NCBI GenBank assembly: GCA_965242865.1
Contig: CBDETK010000013.1
Coordinates: 64,001-128,000 of the forward strand
Length of the DNA stretch: 64,000 nucleotides
DNA from: Candidatus Latescibacterota bacterium
Lineage (GTDB): Bacteria > Latescibacterota > UBA2968 > UBA8231
Direction of reading: 5' to 3'
Part shown: positions 17,746 to 27,900 of the stretch, piece by piece
Layout of the letters: every line of letters starts with the position of its first letter
How positions within the stretch are numbered: position 1 is the stretch's first letter
Program-made: the position numbers and the translations under genes
The notes under the pieces: model-generated
Seen by the model: only the letters and a program-made list of their open reading frames with translations
The model's database searches: none
Told to the model about the DNA's origin: nothing

Positions 17746-20559
17746 TCACAGACGCGAGTTTCTTGAATGCTTCTTCACCGTCCGCCGCTTCTTCCGCTTC
17801 CCCGCCACTTTCGCCGCCAGCGGCACTTGCAACTGCTCGTACAGCGCAAAGAGATGCTCCACGCGCTCTCGTTCCGAGGCAAAGCGGGCGCGGCGATAGA
17901 GGCTATCTATGGCGCGGTCGAGGGCTGAGTGTGCGCGGCGCAAATCGGGCGGCATTGCGTCTGGGTCGTAGAGATCGGCGAGGGTGGCGTTTGGATGGTT
18001 GGCGCGGGCGGCGAGCACTGCGTCGGCGTGCGGCACGAGGCGTTGTAAGCCTTTCTCGGAGACAGGGGGGAGCGGAAAGGTGTTATAGACGACGCCGACG
18101 GAATACATATAACGGCTTTCCAATCGCCCTGTAACCGTCCACACCCAAGCCATGTGCATAGCGGAGGTGAGCAGGGCGAAATCACAGAGGGTCGCTTCTG
18201 GAAGAATACGTAGCTTCTGGTTTGCAATGACATCAGTGCCGAGCCAGCCGATAGGGATATAGGTACGACGTTCTGAACTCGTATTGGGAATGACCAAATA
18301 ATCTGCGTTCAGCCGCTCATCAACACCGACCAGAGTAGGATAGTCAGCCATTTTCTGCGTACTCACACGCTTACTCGCTGCTCGGTACTCGCGAACTTCC
18401 GCAATCTTCTCGGCGACCATCGGCAGGTGTCTCAGCTCTGTTGGGGTAGCTTCTCGCAGGTAAAGGATCCAGCGATAAAAGCCGTTAATGAACTCATCAC
18501 CGCCGATATAGCGATAGAAAAATTTGGATGCCATTGGTTCAGACGCGAGAAATGCTTCTTTTTCCTCCTCACTGAAGGTCAGAATCCCATTGTCGATCAT
18601 TTGAACGCCGGTCTTTAGCCGCCGAAATCCGTTGATCGGTCGGTGTTCCGATTTTACTACAATGTGCGGATTGGCCAGCCCGCTGCCATCAAACAGGTAC
18701 GGCGTGATCGCCGCGAGGTTGGTTTCCTCTGGCTCGCCGTGGATGTCGGGATAGGCAAACAGCCGCTTTTCCCGGGGCGTCGCTTCCCGGTTGTCCAGCC
18801 CAATAATCACCACGTGAACGTGCGCCTTGCCCCGCGCATCCGAACCCCAAGCAAACGTGCGGTGAGCAAAGGCAATGTCGAGGCGGCAGCGGTTGAACAA
18901 AATTGGCCAAAGCTGCGCCACCTGCTCGCCTTGCGTAATGGAATTAGTCGCCACGAACCCAATGCGCGGATGGCCTTGCTGCGCGTACTCGCCAGCGCGT
19001 ATAAACCAAGCCGCCACGTAATCAAGGGTGCCGCGGCTGCTGCCCAGCGCGGCGATCTGTTGTACCTGCTTCCGCTGATTGGGCGACTGAAACTTCGCAC
19101 CCACAAACGGCGGATTGCCGAATAGATAGGAGCATTCGGCCGGCGGCAGCAGCTCGGCCCAGTCCATGGCTAGCGCGTCCGCATTGCAGATGTGCGGCGA
19201 CTGCTCAATGGGGATGCGTGCGTAAGTCTGGCCGAACTCTAGGCTCAGCCGGTTGTTCATAATGTGGTCCATCATCCACAGCGCGGTCTCGGCGATACGC
19301 GCGGGAAACTCGCTAATCTCAATGCCATAGAACTGATCGACATTGACTACGGAAAGCAGTTCGGCGAAGGCAGAAAGCTGGCCGGATGGGTGCAACTGGC
19401 GCAAGACCTCAATCTCGAGCTGGCGCAGCTCGCGGTACGCGATGATGAGGAAGTTTCCGCAGCCGCACGCCGGATCGAGAAACCGCAACTGCCCTAGCTT
19501 TTGCTGAAAAGCGTACAGATCGGGGATGCGGCGGTTGTCGCGTCGGGTTTTCAGACGGGCGAGTTCGGCCCGCAGGTCGTCCAAAAACAGCGGCTCAATC
19601 ACCTTGCGAATGTTCTGCTCGGTGGTGTAGTGAGCACCCTGAGCGCGGCGCTCGGCGGGTTCCATCACCGATTGGAACAAAGCACCGAAGATGGCCGGAG
19701 AAATCGCGGTCCAGTCGAACAGGCAAGCATCGATCAGGCTCTGGCGCATTGCGGCGTCAAAGTCGGGGATGTGTAGCGGCTTGGCGAACAACTCGCCGTT
19801 GATATACGGGAAGCGCGCCAAGTCCTCGTCTAACGTGGTCTGCCGCCGATCTTCGGGCGTGTTCAAGACTTGAAACAACCGCGCCAGATAGGGGCCGAGG
19901 TCGCTGCCGTCGGCCGAGGTGCGCTCCTCAATGAACTGCAAGAAAATGTCGCGCGGCTCAAAGATGCCGGTGTCGTCGGCAAACAAGCAAAACACCGTGC
20001 GGACGAGGAAAAGCTCCAAGTCGTGGCCAGCGTAGCCAGACTCGGCGAGGGCGTCGTGCAGGCGTGCCATGCGCTCGGACGCCTCGATGTTGACCGGGTC
20101 TTGGTCGCGGAAGGTGCGCCGCTGCACCCCGATGATGAAGCCGAATTTTTCAACGTGTTGCGGCAAGTCGGCGAGGGCAAAGCGCGTCTTTTCGCGCTCG
20201 TCGCGGTCGAGCAGTTCAAAGGTCTGAAAGTCGCAGAGCAGTTGGTAGCGGGGGCGGTCGCGCTCGGACAGCGCGTCGAAATAGGCACCGGCCTGTTCGT
20301 GCGCCGCGGTCAGGTCGCGGCCGGCACTCTTTTGCTCAACCAGCAACACGCCCGGCCAGAACAGGTCGATGAAGCCGTGCGAGTGGTCCAAGCGGCGGAC
20401 GTGCTCCTCATAGCGCGCCACTGTGCGGCGGCGGACGCCGAAGATCGCAAAGAACTCGTTGTAGAAGCTCTGCGCTTCGCCGCGCTCGTAGGTCGCGTCG
20501 GCCCACTCTGCCGCGAATCGGGCGGCGCGGGCGCGGATTTCATTCCACGAAAGGCGCAT
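17746..20559 (-). CDS. MmeI-like type IIL restriction-modification enzyme (nuclease-N6-adenine MTase-TRD)
   Basis: FIDLFWPGVLLVEQKS PD-(D/E)xK motif, FLDPACGCGNFL motif I, GNPPF motif IV, VYNTFP and LADLYDP C-terminal motifs. Confidence 0.9.
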   Translation of the reverse strand: MRLSWNEIRARAARFAAEWADATYERGEAQSFYNEFFAIFGVRRRTVARYEEHVRRLDHSHGFIDLFWPGVLLVEQKSAGRDLTAAHEQAGAYFDALSERDRPRYQLLCDFQTFELLDRDEREKTRFALADLPQHVEKFGFIIGVQRRTFRDQDPVNIEASERMARLHDALAESGYAGHDLELFLVRTVFCLFADDTGIFEPRDIFLQFIEERTSADGSDLGPYLARLFQVLNTPEDRRQTTLDEDLARFPYINGELFAKPLHIPDFDAAMRQSLIDACLFDWTAISPAIFGALFQSVMEPAERRAQGAHYTTEQNIRKVIEPLFLDDLRAELARLKTRRDNRRIPDLYAFQQKLGQLRFLDPACGCGNFLIIAYRELRQLEIEVLRQLHPSGQLSAFAELLSVVNVDQFYGIEISEFPARIAETALWMMDHIMNNRLSLEFGQTYARIPIEQSPHICNADALAMDWAELLPPAECSYLFGNPPFVGAKFQSPNQRKQVQQIAALGSSRGTLDYVAAWFIRAGEYAQQGHPRIGFVATNSITQGEQVAQLWPILFNRCRLDIAFAHRTFAWGSDARGKAHVHVVIIGLDNREATPREKRLFAYPDIHGEPEETNLAAITPYLFDGSGLANPHIVVKSEHRPINGFRRLKTGVQMIDNGILTFSEEEKEAFLASEPMASKFFYRYIGGDEFINGFYRWILYLREATPTELRHLPMVAEKIAEVREYRAASKRVSTQKMADYPTLVGVDERLNADYLVIPNTSSERRTYIPIGWLGTDVIANQKLRILPEATLCDFALLTSAMHMAWVWTVTGRLESRYMYSVGVVYNTFPLPPVSEKGLQRLVPHADAVLAARANHPNATLADLYDPDAMPPDLRRAHSALDRAIDSLYRRARFASERERVEHLFALYEQLQVPLAAKVAGKRKKRRTVKKHSRNSRL

Positions 20560-20568
20560 GGTGCTCCG

Positions 20569-20802
20569 CTAGTGTGCTATTTCGTTTCCGCATTTTGTCG
20601 CCGAATGGGATATTGCGGGAAGCGGTTGCTCCACGACGCGATGTTGAATACGCCACAACTCCGAACCGGCGGGCAGGGCCAAGGACGCGCCCGCGGTCCC
20701 AATAAAGGTAGCTTCCGCTTCAGAGTTGACATCGTCGAACTTGCGTACATTGATCGCGTCGCCGATGGTAATTTGCAGGTCTCCTTCTTCGAGAACGGTC
20801 AT
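20569..20802 (-). pseudogene. Probably truncated partner gene of the ATPase
   Basis: TAATG overlap with the ATPase stop; only the N-terminal MTVLEEGDLQITIGDAINVRKFDD looks like a genuine family start; 77 aa. Confidence 0.45.
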
Positions 20803-21881
20803 TATAGGTCGCGCTCAATTTCCCGGTCATAGAGGTCGGTGAAGGTATCTGCAATCGCATTGGGATGAATGTCGAGATAGTTGCCCGTCGTGCGACAGGC
20901 TATCTCGCCCACCTCGTCAAAGTAAAGTGAATGGAAGGCTACCACATCCTCGTCTCGCGTCCGGAGGTCAATCTCCTTGAGAATGACGTAATCGTGGGTC
21001 GCGAGGAATACCTGAACACCAGCGCGTTGCAGTTGCAGCAGGACATCAATTAGCGCACCTAACAGCTTAGGGTTCAGGTTGGTCTCAGGCTCATCCCAAA
21101 ACAGCACCGAACCGTTCTGCAAAGTGCCGTTTTGTATTAAAAGCCACAACAGTCCCAGCTTACGCAGGCCCTCGGCAAGCAGGGTGAACTCCAAGGTTCC
21201 TTTTTTGTTCTTTAGAAAAAATTCCTCACTCTTGATCGTCACTTTTCCATCGATCTCTTTTTGCAGACGAGCGAGCAAACCTCTGTGCAGAGCATCCGAC
21301 TTGTCGCGCAGTAACGGGATGTAAGCCCGGTCTAGAATATCCGCATAAACTTCCTCAAAGTGAATTTCGCGTTCCGAGTAAAGCGAGCGAAAGCCAGGTG
21401 CATTAGAGAGCATCTCCTTCACCGGAATATAGGTGCTTTTCAATGAAGAATCCTTCCAAGAATCAGCACCACTTACAGAAACGTAGGCGGAATTTGGTGA
21501 CTTAATGCGATTGGAGAAACGAACTCCCAATCGTCGGTCGCCGCGATACACGTCCACGGATGCGACCGGACCGCTAGCTAATTTTTCAAGTAGGCCATGG
21601 ATTTCCTTGAATTCCTTGCCTTCTCTCGCTCTCTTGGTACTTCCTAGCTGCCGTTTGACGAGGCGCCCTAGGCCGCGGCCTGACGGAAGTAGCACCCGCA
21701 TCAACTTCTCGGCGAAGTGGACATCCGCTTTAGAAGAGTCACACGCCGCATAGAGGACCTTCATTAAATGGGTCTTGCCTGTGCCGTTTGCGCCGACTAA
21801 AACGTTGATGCCGGGGCAAAGCTCCAATTCCAAGTTCGAGAACGCAGTAAAGCGTCGCAATTGTACTCTCGTCAGAGTCAT
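20802..21881 (-). CDS. AAA_15/AAA_21 ABC-type ATPase (defence-associated)
   Basis: GANGTGKT, LAEGLRK, LFWDEPETNLNP and ATHDY motifs; GAGGA RBS. Confidence 0.85.
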   Translation of the reverse strand: MTLTRVQLRRFTAFSNLELELCPGINVLVGANGTGKTHLMKVLYAACDSSKADVHFAEKLMRVLLPSGRGLGRLVKRQLGSTKRAREGKEFKEIHGLLEKLASGPVASVDVYRGDRRLGVRFSNRIKSPNSAYVSVSGADSWKDSSLKSTYIPVKEMLSNAPGFRSLYSEREIHFEEVYADILDRAYIPLLRDKSDALHRGLLARLQKEIDGKVTIKSEEFFLKNKKGTLEFTLLAEGLRKLGLLWLLIQNGTLQNGSVLFWDEPETNLNPKLLGALIDVLLQLQRAGVQVFLATHDYVILKEIDLRTRDEDVVAFHSLYFDEVGEIACRTTGNYLDIHPNAIADTFTDLYDREIERDL

Positions 21882-21967
21882 AACATCCTCACTCGGCTAC
21901 AGTTCCCTATGGTCTTAGAGGTTGATCCGCGCACTGTGAGTCCCATTTTGATTGTACGCCAGAGCAC

Positions 21968-22702
21968 CTACTGAAACACCTGCGTCGTCGGCTTGATGAC
22001 CAAGAGGGGGACGCAGGCGCGGGCCGGTAGCGAGGCCACGAAGAGCGCGGCTTGAGCCAACTCTTCCGGTTGCAGCATGGCGGCTCGGCGTTGGGCACTG
22101 ACGGGTTCGGGCCGCTGGGCCAAAATCGGCGTCTCCACCTCGCCGGGGCAAATCGCGCAGGCGCGGATGCCGGACGCGACTTCTTCCTCGTTGATCGAGT
22201 TCATCAGCGCCACCACTCCGTGCTTGGAAGCCGAGTACGCGGCCCCGGCCAGCTTGCTCGCCCGCAGCCCGGCAATGGACGAAATCGCGAGGATGAGGCC
22301 GTCGTTTTGTTGCCGCATCCCCGGCAACACCGCCCGCACCATGTTGAACACCCCAGTGAGATTGATGGCAAGGGTCTGGTCCCAGGCCTCGGGCGCCACT
22401 TGGCCGACCGACCGCGGATTGGTGTTGATGCCGGCGTTGTTGACGAGCACATCGACGGCCCCCCACTCGGCTGCGACCACAGCCGCTAGGGCTTCAACCG
22501 CGCCGCGATCGGATACGTCGCAGGGGTGGAGCAAGACCCGCTCGGCATCGAGGCCAGCCGCCGCGGCTGCGAGCGGTTCGGACCGGCGGCCGACAAACGC
22601 CACTCGCGCACCAGCCTCGGCAAAACCGCGCGCGATGGCCGCGCCGATCCCTGTGCCCGCGCCGGTGACTACAACCACTTTATCGACGAGTTGCCGCATC
22701 AT
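21968..22702 (-). CDS. Short-chain dehydrogenase/reductase (SDR)
   Basis: [13 protein letters not shown] and YSASK motifs; start MMRQLV at 22702. Confidence 0.9.
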   Translation of the reverse strand: MMRQLVDKVVVVTGAGTGIGAAIARGFAEAGARVAFVGRRSEPLAAAAAGLDAERVLLHPCDVSDRGAVEALAAVVAAEWGAVDVLVNNAGINTNPRSVGQVAPEAWDQTLAINLTGVFNMVRAVLPGMRQQNDGLILAISSIAGLRASKLAGAAYSASKHGVVALMNSINEEEVASGIRACAICPGEVETPILAQRPEPVSAQRRAAMLQPEELAQAALFVASLPARACVPLLVIKPTTQVFQ

Positions 22703-24159
22703 TCGGCTCCCTTTTTGAGTGCCCGCAAGCGCGAGGCTTCCTCGCGTTGCTTGTAAAACGAGTCGAGGGGGAAGCAACCCGAAACCATGCCGTTGCGCGG
22801 CGCGGTCGTGCAATCGGAAAACGTGCGGCAGAGGACGCGGCGTTGCAACCGGCCGGTTTGCAGCACGTCGCAGGGCAGGTCGGGATAGGACAACACCATC
22901 CGCCCCAAGCCGATAAAATCCACCATGCCCGCCCGCACCAGGGCTTGCCCCACGTGCGGCAGATATTCTTGCAAGTAGGAATAACCCGACCCGACGAATA
23001 GGCTGCGCGGGAAGCGCGCCTTGAGCCGGGCGACCATGGCCACTTGCCGCGCCACCCCGCACAGCGGGTCTTCCGGCGGCAAATACCCATCGGAAGGGGG
23101 AAAGAGCGCCGGCCGCTGGATGTGCGGATTGTAATACGGGCTGCCGCAGGACAGGTTGAACAGGTCAACCCCCAAACTCTCCAGCAAGGCGATAAACTGC
23201 TCGGTCTCGCCTAAGTCCATACACCGCGGATCGTCCCGATCGACGCCAAAGCCGTACTCGTAGGGCAGGTAGCTTTGGTACGGCTCGGGCACCCCGCGCC
23301 GGTTGCCCTCAGTTGAATCGGGCCGGAAGGGCACCAAGTCGAAGGCACTTAGCCGCACCCCAATGCCGAGGCCGGGGGCGCGGCTGCGGATCCCCTCGAT
23401 GATGGAGCGGATAAAGCGCGTGCGATTTGCAAAGGAGCCGCCAAAGGGACCGGGCCGCGTAAACGCGCTGAGAAATTCGTGCCCTAGATAGCCGTGGCAA
23501 TGCTTGATGTCCACAAAGTGGTACCCCAGTTCGTGGGCGATTTGCGCGCTGGCCACGTAGCGGTCGATCAGCTCCTCAATGTAAGCGTCGGTCAGGAGCG
23601 GATGGTCCGCGTCGAGGCCAAATTTGCGATCCAAGATGGGGTGGTGGTAGAGGATGGCCGGTGCGGCTTGGTCCTTGCGATAGGGTCGGCAAAACCGCCC
23701 CGAATGCGTCAGTTGCAGGCCGAGCAGCAGGTCGTCGGTGGTGCCGAATCGCGCGCGGTGCGCCGACAGGAGAATGGCGCGCAACTCGGCCATGCCAGCG
23801 CGGTTTTCCTCGCGGGCCATGAGCTGGTTTGGGTTGGCGCGGCCTTCGGGCACCACGGCAAAGGCTTCGCCGCCCCAGATGAGCTTGGCCCCGCTGCGCC
23901 CAAAATTCCGCCAGCGGCGGCGCGTCAAATCGCTCGGCTGGCCATCTTGCGTTCCATCCCATCCTTCCATCGGCTGGATGGCAAAGCGGTTGCCGATGGG
24001 GATGTCGCGGCAGCGGGCCGGTTGGGCCAGCGGGGACGTGGGAGCGGGTTCGATTTGGTCGTCGCAGGGCAACGGCGCGTCCAACCGGGCCAGATGCGCC
24101 CGAAAGTCCGCAGCCTGCTTAAAGCTGGAGATGCGCGGATAGCGCGTCGGGGTCGTCAA
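22699..24159 (-). CDS. NADH:flavin oxidoreductase (old yellow enzyme family)
   Basis: [18 protein letters not shown] and [15 protein letters not shown]...[10 protein letters not shown] motifs; TTG start at 24159 overlaps the lgt stop. Confidence 0.85.
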   Translation of the reverse strand: MTTPTRYPRISSFKQAADFRAHLARLDAPLPCDDQIEPAPTSPLAQPARCRDIPIGNRFAIQPMEGWDGTQDGQPSDLTRRRWRNFGRSGAKLIWGGEAFAVVPEGRANPNQLMAREENRAGMAELRAILLSAHRARFGTTDDLLLGLQLTHSGRFCRPYRKDQAAPAILYHHPILDRKFGLDADHPLLTDAYIEELIDRYVASAQIAHELGYHFVDIKHCHGYLGHEFLSAFTRPGPFGGSFANRTRFIRSIIEGIRSRAPGLGIGVRLSAFDLVPFRPDSTEGNRRGVPEPYQSYLPYEYGFGVDRDDPRCMDLGETEQFIALLESLGVDLFNLSCGSPYYNPHIQRPALFPPSDGYLPPEDPLCGVARQVAMVARLKARFPRSLFVGSGYSYLQEYLPHVGQALVRAGMVDFIGLGRMVLSYPDLPCDVLQTGRLQRRVLCRTFSDCTTAPRNGMVSGCFPLDSFYKQREEASRLRALKKGAE

Positions 24160-24908
24160 GACGCCTCCCGGCGGTGCAGATACAGCAGCAACCCCACGCC
24201 CAAGGCCATCATGGCGATGCTGAGGAGCTGGGCTTGGCTCAGGCCCCACAACACCCGCGGATTGACCCGAATGAACTCTACCGCAAACCGCGCCAGCCCG
24301 GCGAGGATGAGATAGAAGCTGAACGACAGCCCCGCGACCGCAAAGCGGGAACGCATTTTCCACAAGAAGGCCGCAATCCCCAAGTGCGAGAGGGTTTCGT
24401 ACACGGGCGCGGGATGGACCTTTTCAAGGGTGGGCACCACCCCATTGGGATAGGCCATGCCCCAAGGGAGATCGGTCGGCACCCCGTAGTCGCCATCGCC
24501 GGCGAGCTGGCAGCCGATCCGCCCGATCCCATAGCCCACGGCCAGCGCGATGCCCACGGAGTCGGCGACTGGCCCCAGCGGCGCGCTGTGGCGGCGAATT
24601 TGCCACAGGACGCCGGCCGCGGCCACCACGAACCCCCCGTACCAAGTCAGGCCGTAGCCGGAAAACAGCACGTCAAAGAACTCGGCCCAACTCTCAGACG
24701 AGGTTTCAAACAACACAAAGTAGAGCTTGGCCCCGACTAGCCCGCCGATCATGCAGGTGGTGACGATCGTCGAGCCCAGCTCCTCGTGCAGCCCTTGGCG
24801 CTTGAACTCGCGGTTGAGCACGTGCAGGGCCGCTAGGAACCCGAGGGCGACCATAAGGCCAAACGTGCCAACGCTAATGGGGCCGATCTCAAATAGGTAG
24901 GGGTACAT
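24156..24908 (-). CDS. lgt: Prolipoprotein diacylglyceryl transferase
   Basis: MYPYLF...[28 protein letters not shown] and RFAVEFIR motifs. Confidence 0.9.
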   Translation of the reverse strand: MYPYLFEIGPISVGTFGLMVALGFLAALHVLNREFKRQGLHEELGSTIVTTCMIGGLVGAKLYFVLFETSSESWAEFFDVLFSGYGLTWYGGFVVAAAGVLWQIRRHSAPLGPVADSVGIALAVGYGIGRIGCQLAGDGDYGVPTDLPWGMAYPNGVVPTLEKVHPAPVYETLSHLGIAAFLWKMRSRFAVAGLSFSFYLILAGLARFAVEFIRVNPRVLWGLSQAQLLSIAMMALGVGLLLYLHRREAS

Positions 24909-24910
24909 AA

Positions 24911-27900
24911 TCAGATATTCTTGCGGCCCAGCGCTTCGATCTGCCGCTTGAGTGCGGCCGCGATCTCGTAGTACATCTCGTAGGGACTCAACGGCTCGAC
25001 GCATCCCTTAAAAGCGCTCGTTTCGAGGGGGGGGCCAAAGAGCAAGCGCAAGGGGTGGCGCACGGGTTTGCGCGTCCCCTTGGGCAGGGCCTCGCCAGTG
25101 CCGGCAATGTGCAGGGGCACCACGGGCGCGTCGAGTTCGTACGCCAAAAGCCCCACGCCGGCCTTAAATGACTGCAACTGACCGTTGACCGAGCGCGTGC
25201 CTTCGGGAAAGATCAACAGGGGGCGGCGCACGCCCACCAATTGCCGCGCCCGCACCAAGCCAGCCGCAAAATCGCCGCGCCCGTCAAAGGGAACCGCGTT
25301 GGCAAAAGTAGATAAAAACAAGCGCACCTCGGAGTCCGCGAGGGAATGCTCGCTGGTTGCGATGTTGAGGTGCTCCACGCGGGAGCGCACGGCCGCGTAC
25401 ACGCACGCGCCGTCGAGGTGGCTGGCGTGGTTGGCGGCAATCAGGTAGGGCCGGTCTTGCGGCAGGTGCTCTAGCCCGCCGGCCCGGAAATCGAAAAAGC
25501 GGCGGAACAAGGGGCCGCCGGTCTCCCACAGGATTTCTTGCAGCATCTTTTTACCGGCCTCGCTCTCGGGCTCGACGCTCGGCTCGGCGCGCAAGACCCC
25601 CGACCAGTACGCAGGCGACGGCTCAACCGCCCAATCCACCCCGTCGCGCAAGTGCGCCTCCAGCCGCGCCAAGACCCTGCGGAGCGTATCCTGTGGACGC
25701 AAAAGACCATCAACTGGGGTCCCCAGCCGCTGGCCGAGCCACGCGGCCAATTCCACCGCCATCAGGGAATCCAACAAGGTGTCGAGGGGCGCGTCGATGT
25801 GCGCGGCGACCTCGCCCGTGCTCAGGCCCGCGAGGAGGCCGATTTGCCGCTGAACCGCCCGCTCCCATTCCGGCAGGCCCGGGCCCGGACAATCGGCGCA
25901 CTCAATGGCGGCCAACAGGGCTTGGCGGTCCACGGCGCCGTCGTCGAGCCGCGGCAGGGGTCGGGTCCAAAAGTGTAGGCACTGGATCCGGTGATGGCTG
26001 GGCACGGTGCGCGCAATCTCGTATGAGCGCGCTTGGATGGCCGGGCGCAAATCCTCGACCGCCTCGGCGTCGCGGTCGAGCACGGCTACGCCGTGCAGTT
26101 CTTCGCCGCCGGTGCGCGCCGACGGCACCCCGACCACGCACAGCTCGGTCACGTGCGGCAAGCCCCGGTAGAGGGCTTCGACTTCGTGCGGATAGACGTT
26201 GTGGCCGGCCCCGTTGACGATCAGGGCTTTGCTCCGCCCCTCGACGAAGAGATAGCCGTCGTCGTCGAGGTGGCCCAGATCGCCGGTGTGGAGCCACCCG
26301 TCGCGCAACACCGCTTGGGTCAGATCATCTTGGGAAAAATACCCCTCCATGACGTTGGGGCCGCGCACCAACACCTCGCCGACGCCGCGCTCGTCCGGGG
26401 CGGCGATCTGCACTTGCTGCCCGGGCAACACCGGCCCCACGGACCGGGCTTTGCCCTGCTTGGGGGTGTTGACCGCCACGACCGAGGCCGCTTCGCTCAG
26501 GCCATAGCCCGGGCAAATCGCCACCCCGAGCCGCTCATAAGCGGCGATGAGGTCGTCGGATAGGGGCGCACCCACGCTGACGACCCGCCGCAGCGCGGCC
26601 AGCCCGGGCGTGGCCTCGGCCCCGAGCCGCTCGACGCGCTCGACCAAGACGCGCAACAGGCGCGGCGCGGTCAGCAGCACGGTCGCACCCGTATCGCGCA
26701 GGGCGCGGAGCATCTCGCGGCTGTTGACGGCCTCTAAATACGTGATGGTGGCCCCCCCGAGCAGCGGCAGGAGCAAGCCGCCGGTAAATTCGAGGGCTTG
26801 GTGCAGGGGCAAGGTCGAGAGTATGCGGTCGGACTCGTAGATGCGCAGGACCTCGCCTTGGGCGAGGACATTGGAGATGAGGTTGCGATGGCTCAACACC
26901 ACCCCGCGTGGCTCAACGACCGAGGTAAAGAGGATCGAGGCCGGGGCCGCGGGATCGACCTTGGGCAGCTTCCCCCGGCCTTCGCCTGCGGCCGGCTCGG
27001 GAGCGCACCCGAACGGCAACCCATTGCAATCTACGTTGAAAAAGGCCATTTCCCGGTGGGCGGCCACGCCCTCGGGCGAGAGCTGGGAAAAGCGTTTTTC
27101 CGTTGCGATCAGTGCCCTCGCTTGGACAAAGTCGCCCAGCCGCCAGATGTCTTGCTCGCGCGTCTGCGGGCCGATGGGCACCACCGCTAGGCCGAGCAGG
27201 CTGGCCGCCATATAGGCGACGACCCACTCCGGCCCGTTGTCGCCGCACAGCAGGACCCGCTCCCCGGCCGACACCCCCTGCGTACGCCAACTGCGCGCCA
27301 CGCGCTCGGCGCGGGCGAGCAACTCGTCGTAGCTGACCCGCGTCCAGCCGGACCGGCGCTCGATTTGCAGGGCCGTCCTAGCTGCGTAGCGACCGCAGGC
27401 CCAGCGCAACAGGTCCGGGATCGTGCGGATGCTTTCCTCGATGCGCCAGCGCTGCTCTTCGCCCCCTACTTCGCCCGGGGCCGCGCTCAACGGCTCTTGG
27501 TCGGCGGCCCCGCCCAGCTCGTGCCGCCGGAGGCCGGGCAGGTGGGTTTTCTGATAGTATTGATACCAGTCGATCCGCCGCACATCCATGTTGAAGAGCC
27601 GCTGCTCTTCTGGGGGCAGCGATTCGTACAGGGCCAACATGCGCTTGGTCTCATAGCGGCAATCGAGGGTCGTGTACGGGCTGAACAAGTCGGTGAAATA
27701 CTGAACGCGCTTGAGGCGCGTCTTGAGAGCGGCCAAGCGGCGCTTCTTCTGGGCCGACGCCCAGCGGTCGGGCAGGTACTCGTAGAGCTTTTGCCTTAGC
27801 TCCAGCGGATAGAGGTACTTCCAGTTAAAAACGCGCTGGAAGCGGGCCACCGGCGGGAAGGTCCAATCCGCGAGTTCGGGCCGCGAGCCGTCCTTGTTGA

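Noticed and set aside
7139-21881. Prophage or ICE as carrier of the defence island
   Set aside because: No integrase, transposase, relaxase, phage structural gene or tRNA attachment site was recognised.
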